Shown in pieces: positions 39,250 through 52,496 of a DNA stretch of 64,000 nt. The position numbers and the translations under genes are program-made. The notes under the pieces were generated by a model that saw only the letters and a program-made list of their open reading frames with translations, had not been told where the DNA came from and searched no databases. The stretch is from the NCBI GenBank assembly GCA_016748015.1, contig JAAOMT010000672.1, positions 191,431 through 255,430 on the forward strand, written 5' to 3'. Within the stretch, counting starts at the first letter, position 1; every line of letters starts with the position of its first letter. The DNA is from Geosiphon pyriformis uo1 (taxonomy: Eukaryota > Fungi > Glomeromycota).

Positions 39250-40200
39250 ACTTGCTTGCATGTTGGTCTAGTGAATAGAACTATTATTCACTTGGGTTTG
39301 ATAAAAGCACTTTACAATGAAGCAGATAAGATTTTAATTTATACCTGTCAAGTTGAAAATGTCATTTTCAAACTTTATACAGACAATCAAAAGGTTGACA
39401 TTGCAAAGCTAATAGTTTACTTGAAGACATTTGTATGTCAAGATGGGATAACTCTCAAAAATATTACTCAATATGAAAAGTGATAAACAAAATATGTAAT
39501 CGCAGACTACCTTATCTCATATCCCTAAAAAAGCCATCAAGTCACGCAATACAACAGAATTTACCACTCAGAAAAAGAGAGTTAGATGTTTGGATACTAC
39601 GCTGGAATGATAATGCGTTTTCGGAATCGGTCACCACTTTACATATTTGGTTGAAAAAGTTTGATCAGTTGTTGGTATTGGGTCACGTGGTGATATGGTG
39701 GTTGGTAATTTTGAAAGTGGTTCGTGGTCATAACGTTCGATTGTGACAAAGCCAAAGGCCAAAAAATATTAAACTGATAGCTATAGCCGTAACTAGAAAT
39801 GAAATAAATATGATTAGCCAGATTGGCAATCGTGACTTGGATGGTTTCCCAGATATACTGATTTCTTGATTCCAAATATTGGATCTGATTCGTTATTTTC
39901 TACAATTTTGTTCTCTGAGTAAAATTACAAAATGTTATATTAAAAACCGGGAGTGTGTCCACATGCTGGTAACATATCTTGTAGCGGGCATCTACCATAA
40001 ATCTATGGATTAATCAAATTGGGCATAACATTTTTTTAGGAAATTTTATTTATTCAACCGACCACACTTCAAAAAATGGCAGAAAACTGAGCAAATAAAG
40101 CAGATCTTCTACATATATGGATATGTGATGGCTCAACAGTAATAAAATTGAAATCTTGTTCCCAGCACCTCTTGGGAAAAGATTAAAAATTTTATGAACT
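39250..40200 (+). pseudogene. Possible degraded gene fragment, product unknown
   Basis: Island of higher GC with abutting ORFs 39256-39483 and 39480-39746 in different frames. No motif recognised. Confidence 0.25.
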
Positions 40201-40644
40201 ATATTTGATTATATATGAACTTTTTTTTTTAAAATAATAATTAAAGTAAAAAGCCGGAATTTTTTCATTAATCAGTTTTTTTTAATAGTTGAACGAAACT
40301 TTTTCGTCACATTTTCTTATATTCTTTGATAATCACGGGCAAAAATAATTTGAAAGTTGAAAAATTAAATATTTAAATAAGACACAAACTTTTGAAATTC
40401 ATAATACTAGAATATTTATTCAATAATAAAGTTTAAAAAATCTATCATTTTATATATATATATATTCTCCATATCTCATTCATTCGAATTATATATTTTT
40501 TTAAATCTATTACATTCAAAATCAAAAAGATTTTTATCAGAGAAAATCTTTATTGAAAATGGATTTTGTAATATATATATATATATATATATAGTTAGAT
40601 GTGATTATATTTTTATTTTTTGCAAAAATTTGAAGTGTACCTTA

Positions 40645-40675
<31 letters not shown>

Positions 40676-41611
40676 TAAATTATTTTTATTAAAATATGAT
40701 AATGTATGCTTAAAATACTAAAAATTTAAATGTAGAAAAAAAATTATTATCATATATATATATACTTTTTAATCATAAAATATCATTTAATTTTTTGATT
40801 AAAAAGAATACAATTTTTTTTTTATTTGGAAAATAATAAACAAAAAATATGAACTTTGAAATATTATTAGTCAACTTTATTTTTTTTATTATTTTTAATA
40901 AAATTTTGAAAAAATTAATATAACTGTAGAATTAACATCATAAATAAAAATTTGAGTGAAAAATTATCATTTCATTATAACCAAAATAATTTTTTCTTGA
41001 GGTTTATTTTCATGAAACTATTTCTAAAAATTTTTGTTATCATTAAACCAATTTCCAATCATTCTTAAAGATTGATAATTTCAATTGAACACGAAAAAGT
41101 CTTGGCCCCTTGAAAGATTAAAAGTAAAACAGATTTTTTATCATCATCATCACCATAAAAAAATATTATTATAACAATAAAAATTTTCAAAGTTAAACGA
41201 TAAACATTGAGCTTAAAGATACTTGGTATCACGAAATACATATACTCTTGCGTTATTACATCCAAAACCAAGATTTTCTAACAAACCAGAATAGTGCAAA
41301 TGAAAAATGATAGACGAATTCTTATACATGTATTTCCTGTTTAATCTCTCTGGTAACATTGTATAACATAATGCATTTACCCAATCAAGTGAAGATTATC
41401 CAGGTCCTTTTTTTTACACTATATATATATTTTTTTTGAAAATCTCTAAAAAGGCTTTTCTCGGTTATCGTTAAATGTGACCATTTGGATATCGTTATCA
41501 TCTTTCGGGGATGGTATCATATTAAAACCTTTGACGAATTGGTACAAGATAATTATTTTTTTTTGATTTTTATTTTTAATTCTTAAATCCCAAAAATTTG
41601 TATTTGTGATT

Positions 41612-41657
<46 letters not shown>

Positions 41658-42312
41658 GAATATCAAGATTTTCACAGATTCTTGATCAAGTCTTTTTATC
41701 CTTATTATGTAATTGTTATCATGTAATGCACTTCAATTCTGAAAATTTTATTAAATTTAAAAATTACATGAAATTTATTGCTGTACGACAAGATAAAAAT
41801 TTTTTTAATCAATAAACAAATCTTACTAATATTACATTCATGGTTTTTATATATTAAAAATGTTTATCAGCTGGTAAAAAAAATAAAACTGATTGATTTA
41901 ATGGATTGAATTTTATTTATATATGTATTTTCGGTTATTTATAATGAAAAAAAAAGAAATTCATTCAAATTGAAAAATCCGAAAAATATTTATTCACAAA
42001 ATATTTTGAATATGCAGCAATAGAATTTCTCGATACATTATAGACATCTTTTTAGATTTAACCAATAATGCCAAAAATATTGTTTGCTCTTATATAAAAT
42101 CAAAGGATTTAATAAAGGAATACAATTTAATCAACAACAACAACAACAACAACAACAAAAAACATTTCACTAAAGAATTCTCAAAAATGAAATTTAGCTA
42201 AAAAAAATTTCTTTTTATTTCACAGCAAATTTAAAATCAATCCAAAATACTCGTTAGAAATTATTTTTTAAAAGTAAATTTTCATTAAATACAATTGAAA
42301 TTTATAAATGAA

Positions 42313-43080
42313 TCAAGTATTATTGATTTCTTTTTGAATATTCATAAACAATGTCATATAACAGAATTGTGCAAGTTTTTGTGGTATATCGGCAAATTTT
42401 TTAAATTCATGATCAACACCTAAAGGAAAATACTGATGCCTTGAAGCCCTAGCGTTATTATATAAATTTTTTGATAAATTGGGATGAACTATTGTATCCT
42501 TTTTTCCATGAATGAAGAATACTGGACGAGGGCAAATGAACACAGGGTTTTGTGATATATCTTGACACTTTTACAAAAAAAGATTGGAAAGAGATTCTTA
42601 GATTCTATGAATGATTAGTAAAATAGTGAAAGGGAATTTCTTAATTCTCACTTGAAACCCCAAGGTAGCGACCCCAGCAACACGTTTTTCATTCTTAACA
42701 TCAGCAGCAACTTGCAGAGCAACTGGTCCTGCAAAACTCCATCCAACTAGCAGAAATCTTTCAAGTTTCATATTCGTCGTCAACCAATTCATTACGGCCT
42801 CGGTATCATTTGCACAAGCACAAAGATTTCCTGGTAAATCAGCCGGCTGACCAAATTTCATTTGTACACCAAAGATTCCTAGTTGGGTGACAATATTGAT
42901 GACTTCTTGGTACAGTTTCACTGGTCCGATATTGTCATTGATGTTTTCTCTTGAGAGGAATATTATGGCTACCTTGTATGCTTCGACGAGTTGAGAAGTT
43001 GGTGCTTGTATGGAAAGTTGAACGTAGTGAATTAATTCTGGTCGGTGTGGGCTGTACGCAACGGGAATCTTTACGCGCAT
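42313..43080 (-). CDS. Small alpha/beta-fold hydrolase, 2 exons (43080-42652, 42567-42313)
   Basis: Nucleophile elbow LVGWSFAG, acid motif FIHGKKDTIV, His motif GVDHEF. GT-AG intron 42651-42568 in phase 0. Confidence 0.87.
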
Positions 43081-43598
43081 TTTAGAACGTGAGGAGAATA
43101 GTTGTAGAAAAAAAAAACAGGGTAGATGAGATAGAGCCAGCGTCGAACACTATTTGTTTTTAAAGAATTTTATTATCAAATGACGTATTAATTTAAGTAA
43201 ATACGCGGTGAATGATGATTATCAATGATTGATTTAGGATCATTTTATATTAGGGAAGAATTTCATCATATTTCTTAAAAAGATTTATTGATCAAAATTC
43301 TAAGGTATTTAGCATTTAGTGTGGCTTTCAATGCACATGAGAAGTTTATTAAATGTACATTTAGTTGGTAAAATGTTGTTGAAACTTTTGATATTTATTG
43401 AGAAAAATGGGTTTAGTTTTCTCAAAACTTCAAAAAATGGCTATTGGTTTTTATTTAGTAAAAATAAGTGATAAGAAAAACCCAGAGTTTTTTGATTTTT
43501 TTATGTACTGTATAACCAGGATAAGATCTATTATAGGTTCATATTGCATTATCTCTATTCATATGAACTCTTTAAATTTAAAAGTTGACAATAAGCAT

Positions 43599-44111
43599 TT
43601 ATTTCATGTTTTTTGAAAAAAATAATAATCTAGAAATGAAGAGCATCATAAAAAAAGGATGGTATCGGAGCATTAAAAGGCCATTACTATTATTATCGCT
43701 ATTATTCCCATTTCTATTTCTATTATCACTCTCAATATTACTTCCAATATTGTCATTACCCTTTTTTTGATCCATTATTTCGCTCACCGCCATTCTCCGT
43801 TATCGTTACCGATATTATTATTAACAATTTTTCTATATCCACTTTCGTTATTGATTCAGTTTCCCACTTCCAATATTATTTGAACCTCCTTTATTGTGTC
43901 CAATGTTTTTCGTTCCACTATTACCGTACCCAACGTTTCCTAATTGAGCATGACAATCAGATTGAAATTTATAGCCATGGCGACGAGTTAAATGGTTGGA
44001 AACCGGAAACGCAGTTACGAATGGGAAAGGTAGGCATAGGGATATAGTTATTAAATTAAGAAGGGTCAAGTAGAAAAGGGTAAATGATTTTGAAGTTTGA
44101 TGAATCATCAT
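43599..44111 (-). pseudogene. Putative secreted Gly/Asn-repeat protein, frame interrupted
   Basis: Hydrophobic N-terminus and a dibasic RR site, then GNVGYGNSGTKNIGHNKGGSNNIGSG. The same style of repeat resumes in other frames (NNNIGNDNG; KGNDNIGSNIESDNRNRNGNNSDNNSNG). Confidence 0.55.
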
Positions 44112-45144
44112 GAAGGTAATATTAGGGACTTTTATAAACTTGCTTTTTAAAAATTATCTATTTATAAGCTTTCTAAGGAATTAATCCCAAAAAAATTGGC
44201 AAAATACATGACTCTCAAAAATTTTTTCAGAGAAATAATTAGAGCGAGAGACATAAAGTTCAAAATGATAAATCATGTTTAAAAAAACTTTCCAAATTTA
44301 GGAATCCATATGTATTTAAAGTGTCTTTAAAAAATTTTATTTTTTTAACAACACAATATATGGTAGAAATACTTGATCAAATTCTAAAAATGTATGATAT
44401 ATAAACAATCCAATAAAAATAAACCAAACCAAAATAAAATAAAATAATAATAATAATAATAATAATTAATTATTATTATAAAAAGTAATAAAATTTCCTC
44501 ATTTTGTTTGTGATCCCAATTTCTTGTTTTATTATCTTAAACATACGCCGGGATTTGTACGCTGTTAACCAAAATTAATAAAGGCAAAATGTGTGCCAAG
44601 AAAATTATAAAGAAAATGAAACGCAAACAATAGCTCTTAGCTAAATACAAAAGGACCAAGACTGCATATTCTAAAAAATAAACATAAAAATTCACTTTTA
44701 CGATAAGCTATAAAAAAAACGATGTATGATATCATACAGAAAGAAAATTTATAATGGTCAGAACTTGGTAATGATCTGGAATGTCTCGTAGAAGAAATCA
44801 AAAGGTCTTTTTAGTATTTTTTGAAAAATACAAAAAAAAATTAATTTTTTTACCATTTTACAAAACAGCATACTGCAAGATAATGAAGTTTTGACTGGTC
44901 TTTTTACTAGACAATTATGGTTAAAAAGAGTTCAAATGATGATTGAACAATAGTTCAATGACGAATTTTCCTTTCTAAATAAGGTTAATTGGCTAATACC
45001 ATGTGACAAATAAGCAAATATAAAATAAATAGATAAAGATGATGATTTACTGGAAAATCAAAACCTTAAACAAAAACTCATTGCGTCAATCCTTGACTTA
45101 TTTCTCACGATATTTTGAAATAATTGGGGAAATTAAAAAATTAA

Positions 45145-45840
45145 ATGGGTTCATCGTCCATGGAAAACAATGAAATTCTCTCTAATGAAAATGATCTAAC
45201 CTCAAAAAACGAATCTCAAGAATCCCTGGATATATTACGTTCATGGTCAAGCATATCAAATCCAGGAATGAATGATGAACATGTGATTGAATATTTAGAT
45301 GATTTCCTGAGTAATCACAAGCAATCTGCTCAAGTTCTTTTTGAAAAAATCGAAGCCGTAGCTTCAACCAATCAAGACTACGCATGTATTCTTGGATTTC
45401 TCTATCATAAGGGATTTGGAACTAATACTAACTTAAGATTGGCCTTTGATTGGTACTTTGTTGCGGCAAAGAATCATGATTCATTCGCTCAAAATCAATT
45501 TGGTTGGCTGTATGCTAAAGGATATGGGACAGAGAGGGATAATGATAAGGCGTTTTATTGGTATGCTGAATCGGCTAAACAGGGACATACTAGTGGAATG
45601 TCTAATTATGGATTCTGTTATGAGACTGAAATTGGAACAAGAAAAGATTTGAAGAAGGCTTTTTATTGGTATAAGCGAAGTGCTGATTTAGGTGATGAAC
45701 TTGGTCAGTGCAATGCTGGAAATTGTTATCTATTAGGAGATGCCACAAATCGCGATGTTCATGCGGCGATTTTAATGTTCCTAAAGGCGAAAAACTCTGG
45801 TGCTTGTTATATTATGGACAATTTGCATTATCTGTTTTAG
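45145..45840 (+). CDS. Sel1-like repeat (SLR) protein, single exon
   Basis: About four Sel1 repeats: LGFLYHKGFGT..AFDWY; AQNQFGWLYAKGYGT..KAFYWY..SA; YGFCYETEIGT..KKAFYWYKRSA; AGNCYLLG. Confidence 0.92.
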   Translation: MGSSSMENNEILSNENDLTSKNESQESLDILRSWSSISNPGMNDEHVIEYLDDFLSNHKQSAQVLFEKIEAVASTNQDYACILGFLYHKGFGTNTNLRLAFDWYFVAAKNHDSFAQNQFGWLYAKGYGTERDNDKAFYWYAESAKQGHTSGMSNYGFCYETEIGTRKDLKKAFYWYKRSADLGDELGQCNAGNCYLLGDATNRDVHAAILMFLKAKNSGACYIMDNLHYLF

Positions 45841-46440
45841 AGGATTTGGGTATTTTTTTTTGATTTAGCCATCTTTGTGATACCTAATCTAAAGAATATT
45901 CTTCAAGTAAGTAGTAGTAGTAGTAGTAGTAGTAGTATTTCCATATCAATTAACTAGATCTTTTGAGTTTGAATTTATAAAGTTAAAGTTTTTTTATGAT
46001 TAATTTCGTCCTGTCTTTATTTGATGAAAACCAAAACAACTAAACAACCAATTAACTCAACTAACCAACTAACTAACTCAACTTAGTCCGTGAAAAAACT
46101 TTAACTTGCCCTTTTTTTTTATTCTATTTAAAAGAAAAATATTTATCAATAATTTTTTCATAAATGAATTTGAAAAAAAGTTCATTAATGATACTGAAAA
46201 AATATTAGACAGATAGTGATGAGACTAAACTCATTAAAAACATAATAAAAAACTTCTTTCCCTCCTAATTTTACAAACCCTATAATGTGCAATTTCTGTT
46301 CATTTGAATTCAGCGTTATCTTTGATTAAAGTTGGAACCTTTTCTGAAATTTAGCTTTTAGCACCATGAAAAAAGAATTTATCCAAAATTTTACTTTTTC
46401 TACTTTTCAAATAATATACTAATAACTACATTAATCAAAT

Positions 46441-46481
<41 letters not shown>

Positions 46482-46966
46482 AATAATGAAATAAAAGAAA
46501 GGGTAATCAGAAAAAAAAATGCACAAATTATTGTTGAAAGAAGAAAACTGTGATTATAATGTCATTTCAAGATATTTTAATTTAAGACATAAAAAACAGA
46601 AATATTAAAAAGTTCAAAAAATAAAAAAATAAAAAAAATTTCATGTAACTTAATGTATTAATTTTTTTTAAAATTACCCATTTTGATAATTAACAGATGT
46701 GAACAAAAAATTTTTAAATTTATAATTTTTTTTTGTTAAAATTTTATTTTTGTGATTAAAATATTGAATTATAAGATTTATCAATCAAGTTATAAAGTTA
46801 TATTAATTGTGTAAAATTTATAAATTAAAATAACAAGTCATTTCATAAATTTATCTTTTTATAAAATTATTCATTCGTGTTTCTTTACACGATTCTTCTT
46901 TCAAAGAAATTATTTTCTTAAATAATCATTAAAACTAAGTAATTATTAAATTGATCTATCGACTGG

Positions 46967-49271
46967 TCAATTTGATATTTGAAGATTTTCTTCATTATCT
47001 TTATCACTGGAAACAATCTTTTCCTTTTCCTCTTTTTCCGGAGCAATCTTTTCATCTTTATTACTGGGATCAACCTTTTCCTCTTTTTCCGAAGCAATCT
47101 TTTCATCTTTATTACTGGAATCAACCTTTTCCTTTTCCTCTTTTTCCGGAGTAATCTTTTCATATTTATCACTGGAATCAACCTTTTCATTTTCATCTTT
47201 TTCCGGAGCAACCGTTTCATTATTTTTCAGCCCTTTCTCGTCTGCTTCGGCTTTAGGGCTTTTTGTAATAGTAATGTGGTTGTCAAAATCTATATCCTTT
47301 GCTTCCTTCCCTAAAGCTGTAGCAATAATGACTCCTAACATGGATATTAGGGTCAATAGTGCCTGCATCATTCCATAATTGGCTTTCCCACTAGAATCCG
47401 GGAACCGCTCACCGAGTGCTGCTATTATCTGAGCTGATGGTGCAGCAACCATGTTGCCAATTTGATATGTGAGACCAGGAAGAGTCCCTCGCATCGACGG
47501 CGGGGAAAGTTCATTTAGATGTGCTGGGATGACACCGAAAGCACCCTAAGAGGATCAAAAGTAGAAATTGAAGATTTTTTCGTAAGATTATATTGTTATA
47601 GTAATGAAAAAAATTTTAAACCAAATATTTAATAGTAAGTTTACCATTGCAAATGCTCGTAAGCCAAAGAAACCTAAAGTCAAAGCGATGGGAATCCGCG
47701 GTAGAACCCACAATGGTATAAAACAACCACTAATCATTGTTGAAATGATAATTGTACGTCGACGGCCCCAGTATTGTGAGAAATATCCACCAGTAGTCCC
47801 ACCTGTGATGGCACCACAACACGCAATGATTGAAATAATTGCAGTAGTTCCTGGAGTTAACCCTATTTGTTCCTTTAGGAATGTCGGGTTCATATCTAAG
47901 GTTGCTGTAATGTGAAAGATATTTCAAATTTGAAAAGACTTATTGAATAAATTAAAAAAAGATTTAAATCGAGATATTGGTGTCAGATTTACAATCAAAA
48001 AACAATTTACCATGAGCGATAAAGGCAAAAAATGACATCAAAATCATCATATACCCAAATCGGCGCCAATCCTTTTTCGTCATTGATTGTATCCCAGAGA
48101 AAAGTTTACTTTTCTTTTGTTCCTGATTTAGTTGTTTTTTGGCTTCCTGTTGTTGCTGCCAAATCTTGGATTCTGGAACAAAGAAATATACAATGGGAAT
48201 CAAAATTGCTGGAAAACTACCAATCCAATAAACGGCTCGCCAACCAAAATTTGATATGATGGCGTAATAGAACACTGCTGAAAGCAAGTATCCGGTAGAG
48301 TAACCTGCCTGTAGAATCCCAGAGAAGATTCTAGATAAAATTATTATTCTAGGATAAGCATTGGTTTTCAAATGAAGTTTTAAATTCGAAAACCTCAAAC
48401 TATATCTAACAATAATGAAACTTTGTTTTACCCACGACATTCAGACGGCAAGGCTTCCATAGCCAATGCTGCACTTAATCCCCATTCACCACCCAGCGCT
48501 AGGCCAAATATTGATCTAATTAGAACAAATATCGGATAGTTTGGTGCGAACCCAGATGCCAACTGGGTGGAAGTATATAATAAAATATTGAGCATAAAGG
48601 GAATTTTTCGACCCCATTTATCTGCGGCCAATCCAAAAAACAAAGCACCAATCGGCCCCGTTAGTAATGTTATAGTTGTTCTATGGTGGTTTAGGAAAAT
48701 TGAAAATCAAAAAAAATCAAAGAGGGTTATAAAAATGAATCAAGAAAATCTTTTGTGACAGTTACATACGTTATAGCAATTATCGAAGGAGGCTGATTGA
48801 AATCTTTGGCAATATATGGTAACGCGAATGCAAGTATATGAAAATTAAATGCTACCAAGGCCCAGCCGAGGAAAGCACATGCAAATGTCAATGCTTTAAA
48901 AAGATCAGTTCAGAAATGCAGCAAATAGTTAATATCAATTATTTGAGGAGGTTGTTGATAAAGAATCTTTAAGTTTATCACCTTGAGTTCGGTTCAAAGA
49001 CCCTAGTAATTTCCATGGTGTCTGTGATTTTTCTGCCTTTGATTTTAATTTTTCAGTCTTTACAATCTCTGGAGAAATTTTTTCTTTACATTTATCTTGT
49101 TTCTGTTGATTTTAGATTTTACAATGAAATTTTTTCCTCAAAAAAAAAAAAAAAATCCATTTTTGGCAACGTATTTTGCCGTATAACCAATAAAAATATT
49201 TATATTGATTAAAAACTAAATTTTACCTCCTTGGGTACTACTACTTCAGTTTTCGCCTTTTCAAAAGACAT
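46967..49271 (-). CDS. MFS transporter, JEN1/sialate:H+ symporter-like carboxylate permease (multi-exon)
   Basis: GLAADKWGRK motif A, LALGGEWG, EALP..RG..SGILQAGY..GY, VPESK.W, SQYWGRR, FGVIPAHLNELSP..RGTLPGLTYQIGN. A first exon MSFEKAKTEVVVPKE was inferred from splice sites. Confidence 0.88.
46990..47215 (-). repeat. Coding tandem repeat in the transporter C-tail (EKIAPEKEEKEKVDSSNKD-like, ~4 units)
   Basis: Units of ~51-57 bp are visible in both DNA and translation. Confidence 0.88.
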
Positions 49272-49435
49272 GAAGGAATTTTTTTCAATGAAAATAAAAA
49301 TTAATGTACGTTATCTACGATTCCAAAATTTAATGCTTGGAAAAAAACAAATTTTTTTGAAAGATAGGTTTAAAACCTTGTATTTAAAACAGTTTTTATC
49401 CAAACTAGAGTAGAAATATTCATGATAAGATGTCC

Positions 49436-49504
<69 letters not shown>

Positions 49505-49941
49505 GACATGTCTAGATGTTTTATGATGAAAGGTTACAAGCATTTTTGTAAAGGTAAATAAACATGCTTTAAAATACATGTCACTCGAAGAAATATTTAT
49601 TAAATTTTGTTGGTGAAATGAGATTACAATCTTAAAGATTGTCAAAACAGTCTCTGATAATAAATTCGGAGTTCCGGTTGATCTTATGGATCTGATCGAA
49701 TTTATTTTGTTATTTCTGTTTTCAAAATAGATCTTTGTCGGAAATTTTCAAATTCCATTACTCATGATATCAATGTTGTTAATAAACAGTGATTTTTAAG
49801 ATCATGAAGAGATGTGAGCTAACTGATTAAAAAAATTATTTGACTCTAGCAAAAAAATTCTTAATCTATAAAAAAAGAATATTTATTATATAAACAAAAA
49901 TAAAAAAATTACATATGAATAATTTAAAAATTTTATCATCT

Positions 49942-49991
<50 letters not shown>

Positions 49992-50725
49992 NNNNNNNNN
50001 NNNNNNNNNNNNNNNNNNNNNNNNNNNNNNNNNNNNNNNNNNNNNNNNNNNNNNNNNNNNNNNNNNNNNNNNNNNNNNNNNNNNNNNNNNNNNNNNNNNN
50101 NNNNNNNNNNNNNNNNNNNNNNNNNNNNNNNNNNNNNNNNNNNNNNNNNNNNNNNNNNNNNNNNNNNNNNNNNNNNNNNNNNNNNNNNNNNNNNNNNNNN
50201 NNNNNNNNNNNNNNNNNNNNNNNNNNNNNNNNNNNNNNNNNNNNNNNNNNNNNNNNNNNNNNNNNNNNNNNNNNNNNNNNNNNNNNNNNNNNNNNNNNNN
50301 NNNNNNNNNNNNNNNNNNNNNNNNNNNNNNNNNNNNNNNNNNNNNNNNNNNNNNNNNNNNNNNNNNNNNNNNNNNNNNNNNNNNNNNNNNNNNNNNNNNN
50401 NNNNNNNNNNNNNNNNNNNNNNNNNNNNNNNNNNNNNNNNNNNNNNNNNNNNNNNNNNNNNNNNNNNNNNNNNNNNNNNNNNNNNNNNNNNNNNNNNNNN
50501 NNNNNNNNNNNNNNNNNNNNNNNNNNNNNNNNNNNNNNNNNNNNNNNNNNNNNNNNNNNNNNNNNNNNNNNNNNNNNNNNNNNNNNNNNNNNNNNNNNNN
50601 NNNNNNNNNNNNNNNNNNNNNNNNNNNNNNNNNNNNNNNNNNNNNNNNNNNNNNNNNNNNNNNNNNNNNNNNNNNNNNNNNNNNNNNNNNNNNNNNNNNN
50701 NNNNNNNNNNNNNNNNNNNNNNNNN

Positions 50726-50766
<41 letters not shown>

Positions 50767-52496
50767 AACAAAAAAAACAACAACAAATCAAAACTTGTTT
50801 CAATTGAAAAAATTGTATTACCTTGTGGCCGAAAAAAAAAGATTTGATAATTCAAAAATAGATGATATTCAAATGTAAAAAATAAATTTCATTAAACATT
50901 TTTTAACTTTTATAATCATGGATTTTTAATTCAAATTTTCCAAATAGTACACCATCTTTTTTTTATGGTTCAGGGGCAGAACTTGAATAAAATATTTATC
51001 ATATTGCTTAGTATACTTGGATCTTTTTACTTTTCCTTGTTTTCTAAAAAGTGTTTTTATTAATTATATGAACCAATTATTGCAATTTACGGGCATCCTT
51101 GAATTCAGATAATTATTGATCAATACAATTAATACATACTAGAGCAGAGCAGGTTCGTACCTCGCGGTATGTAATTTATCAATGTGAGTTTTCTTTCAGT
51201 ACCAATTGAAGAAATATATTTTTTTTTTCCAATAAATTATTCTGAACTCAAATAAAGTTTAACCCGCGAATTAAAAAAATTCTTTATTAATTATGGCAAA
51301 CAAACAGAAAAGAAATTTCAAAAAACTTAATTCAATTGAGATAATATCCAATCTAGCCACATTCAATAATTTGCCACATAAATATATTTTTAGATACAAA
51401 ATGTGCTAAAGACAAAAATAGAAAACAAATTAATGAAAATAATAAAAATAGTTCTATCTTGTATTTAATCTCCAGCCATGCTGCCACATGCTTTATTTAA
51501 GAACTCCGATGTGTTTCCAATGAGAAATCCCAACTGATGACAATCATTTATATGCATATATCAAAATTTTTTTTTTTAGCTTCTAATTATTGGAGCATTT
51601 TAATCGTGAATTGACGCAATCAAAAATTAAAAAATGCTTATATTCCAAAAATCTTCACCTAAATTAATAAAGTTAAGCAATCTAAAACTTAATTAAAAAC
51701 TACCCTATCTCAAAATACTAAAAAAACCAATAATGTTTACATAATAATTTTAAATTTTGATATTCTCAAAAGTAAACTATGAATCTATTGCAAAATCAGG
51801 AGAACAATGGTTGAATTTTAACTCGGAAGCTAAATTTATTCTCAAACGACGGCGATGGTGGTTAAATTAAAAAGTTTCAAAATTTATTTCCAAAACCTTA
51901 TTTATTGAATATATCAGAATTTGAAAAAATTTTGGAGAGCAAAAAAGTACCATCATTGAAACAATCAATCCACCGGGTGCAACTAAGGAGAATTATATAT
52001 GAATTTTTAATTTATACCCTTTCATGCATCAAAGGCCGATCCGCCAAGAAAGAAAGCCGTAGCACTAACTAATATGTGATGTTGATGATGATTTTCCCCG
52101 TCATAAGCGATGTACCAAGTTTCACAAAGAACTAAAATTGAACTTTTAGGATAGGTCAATAAACTCGAGACTGTGATATTCTCGAAATTATTATTAACAA
52201 TATTTTTCGAGGTTTTAATGTCGGTTTGAATGAAGATAAGATTTTAAACTCAAAAATTACCTTTCCCTAACGAGGTAATAAGGAAAACAAAAATCCTTTC
52301 TTTGAAGATCTAATGATAGTTTCTTTGTTTACTCGTAGGTACTGCCGCAAGCAGATATTGGGAATTGAAAATTTCAATAAAATCTATAAAAGACTTAAGA
52401 TTCTTCAAATTGTGAACTCGTGGTTCTTGTCGAAAAGAATTGCCAATCACCACACATTTAAATTTTTCACGAATATCAAAAAATAATTTTACTGAA

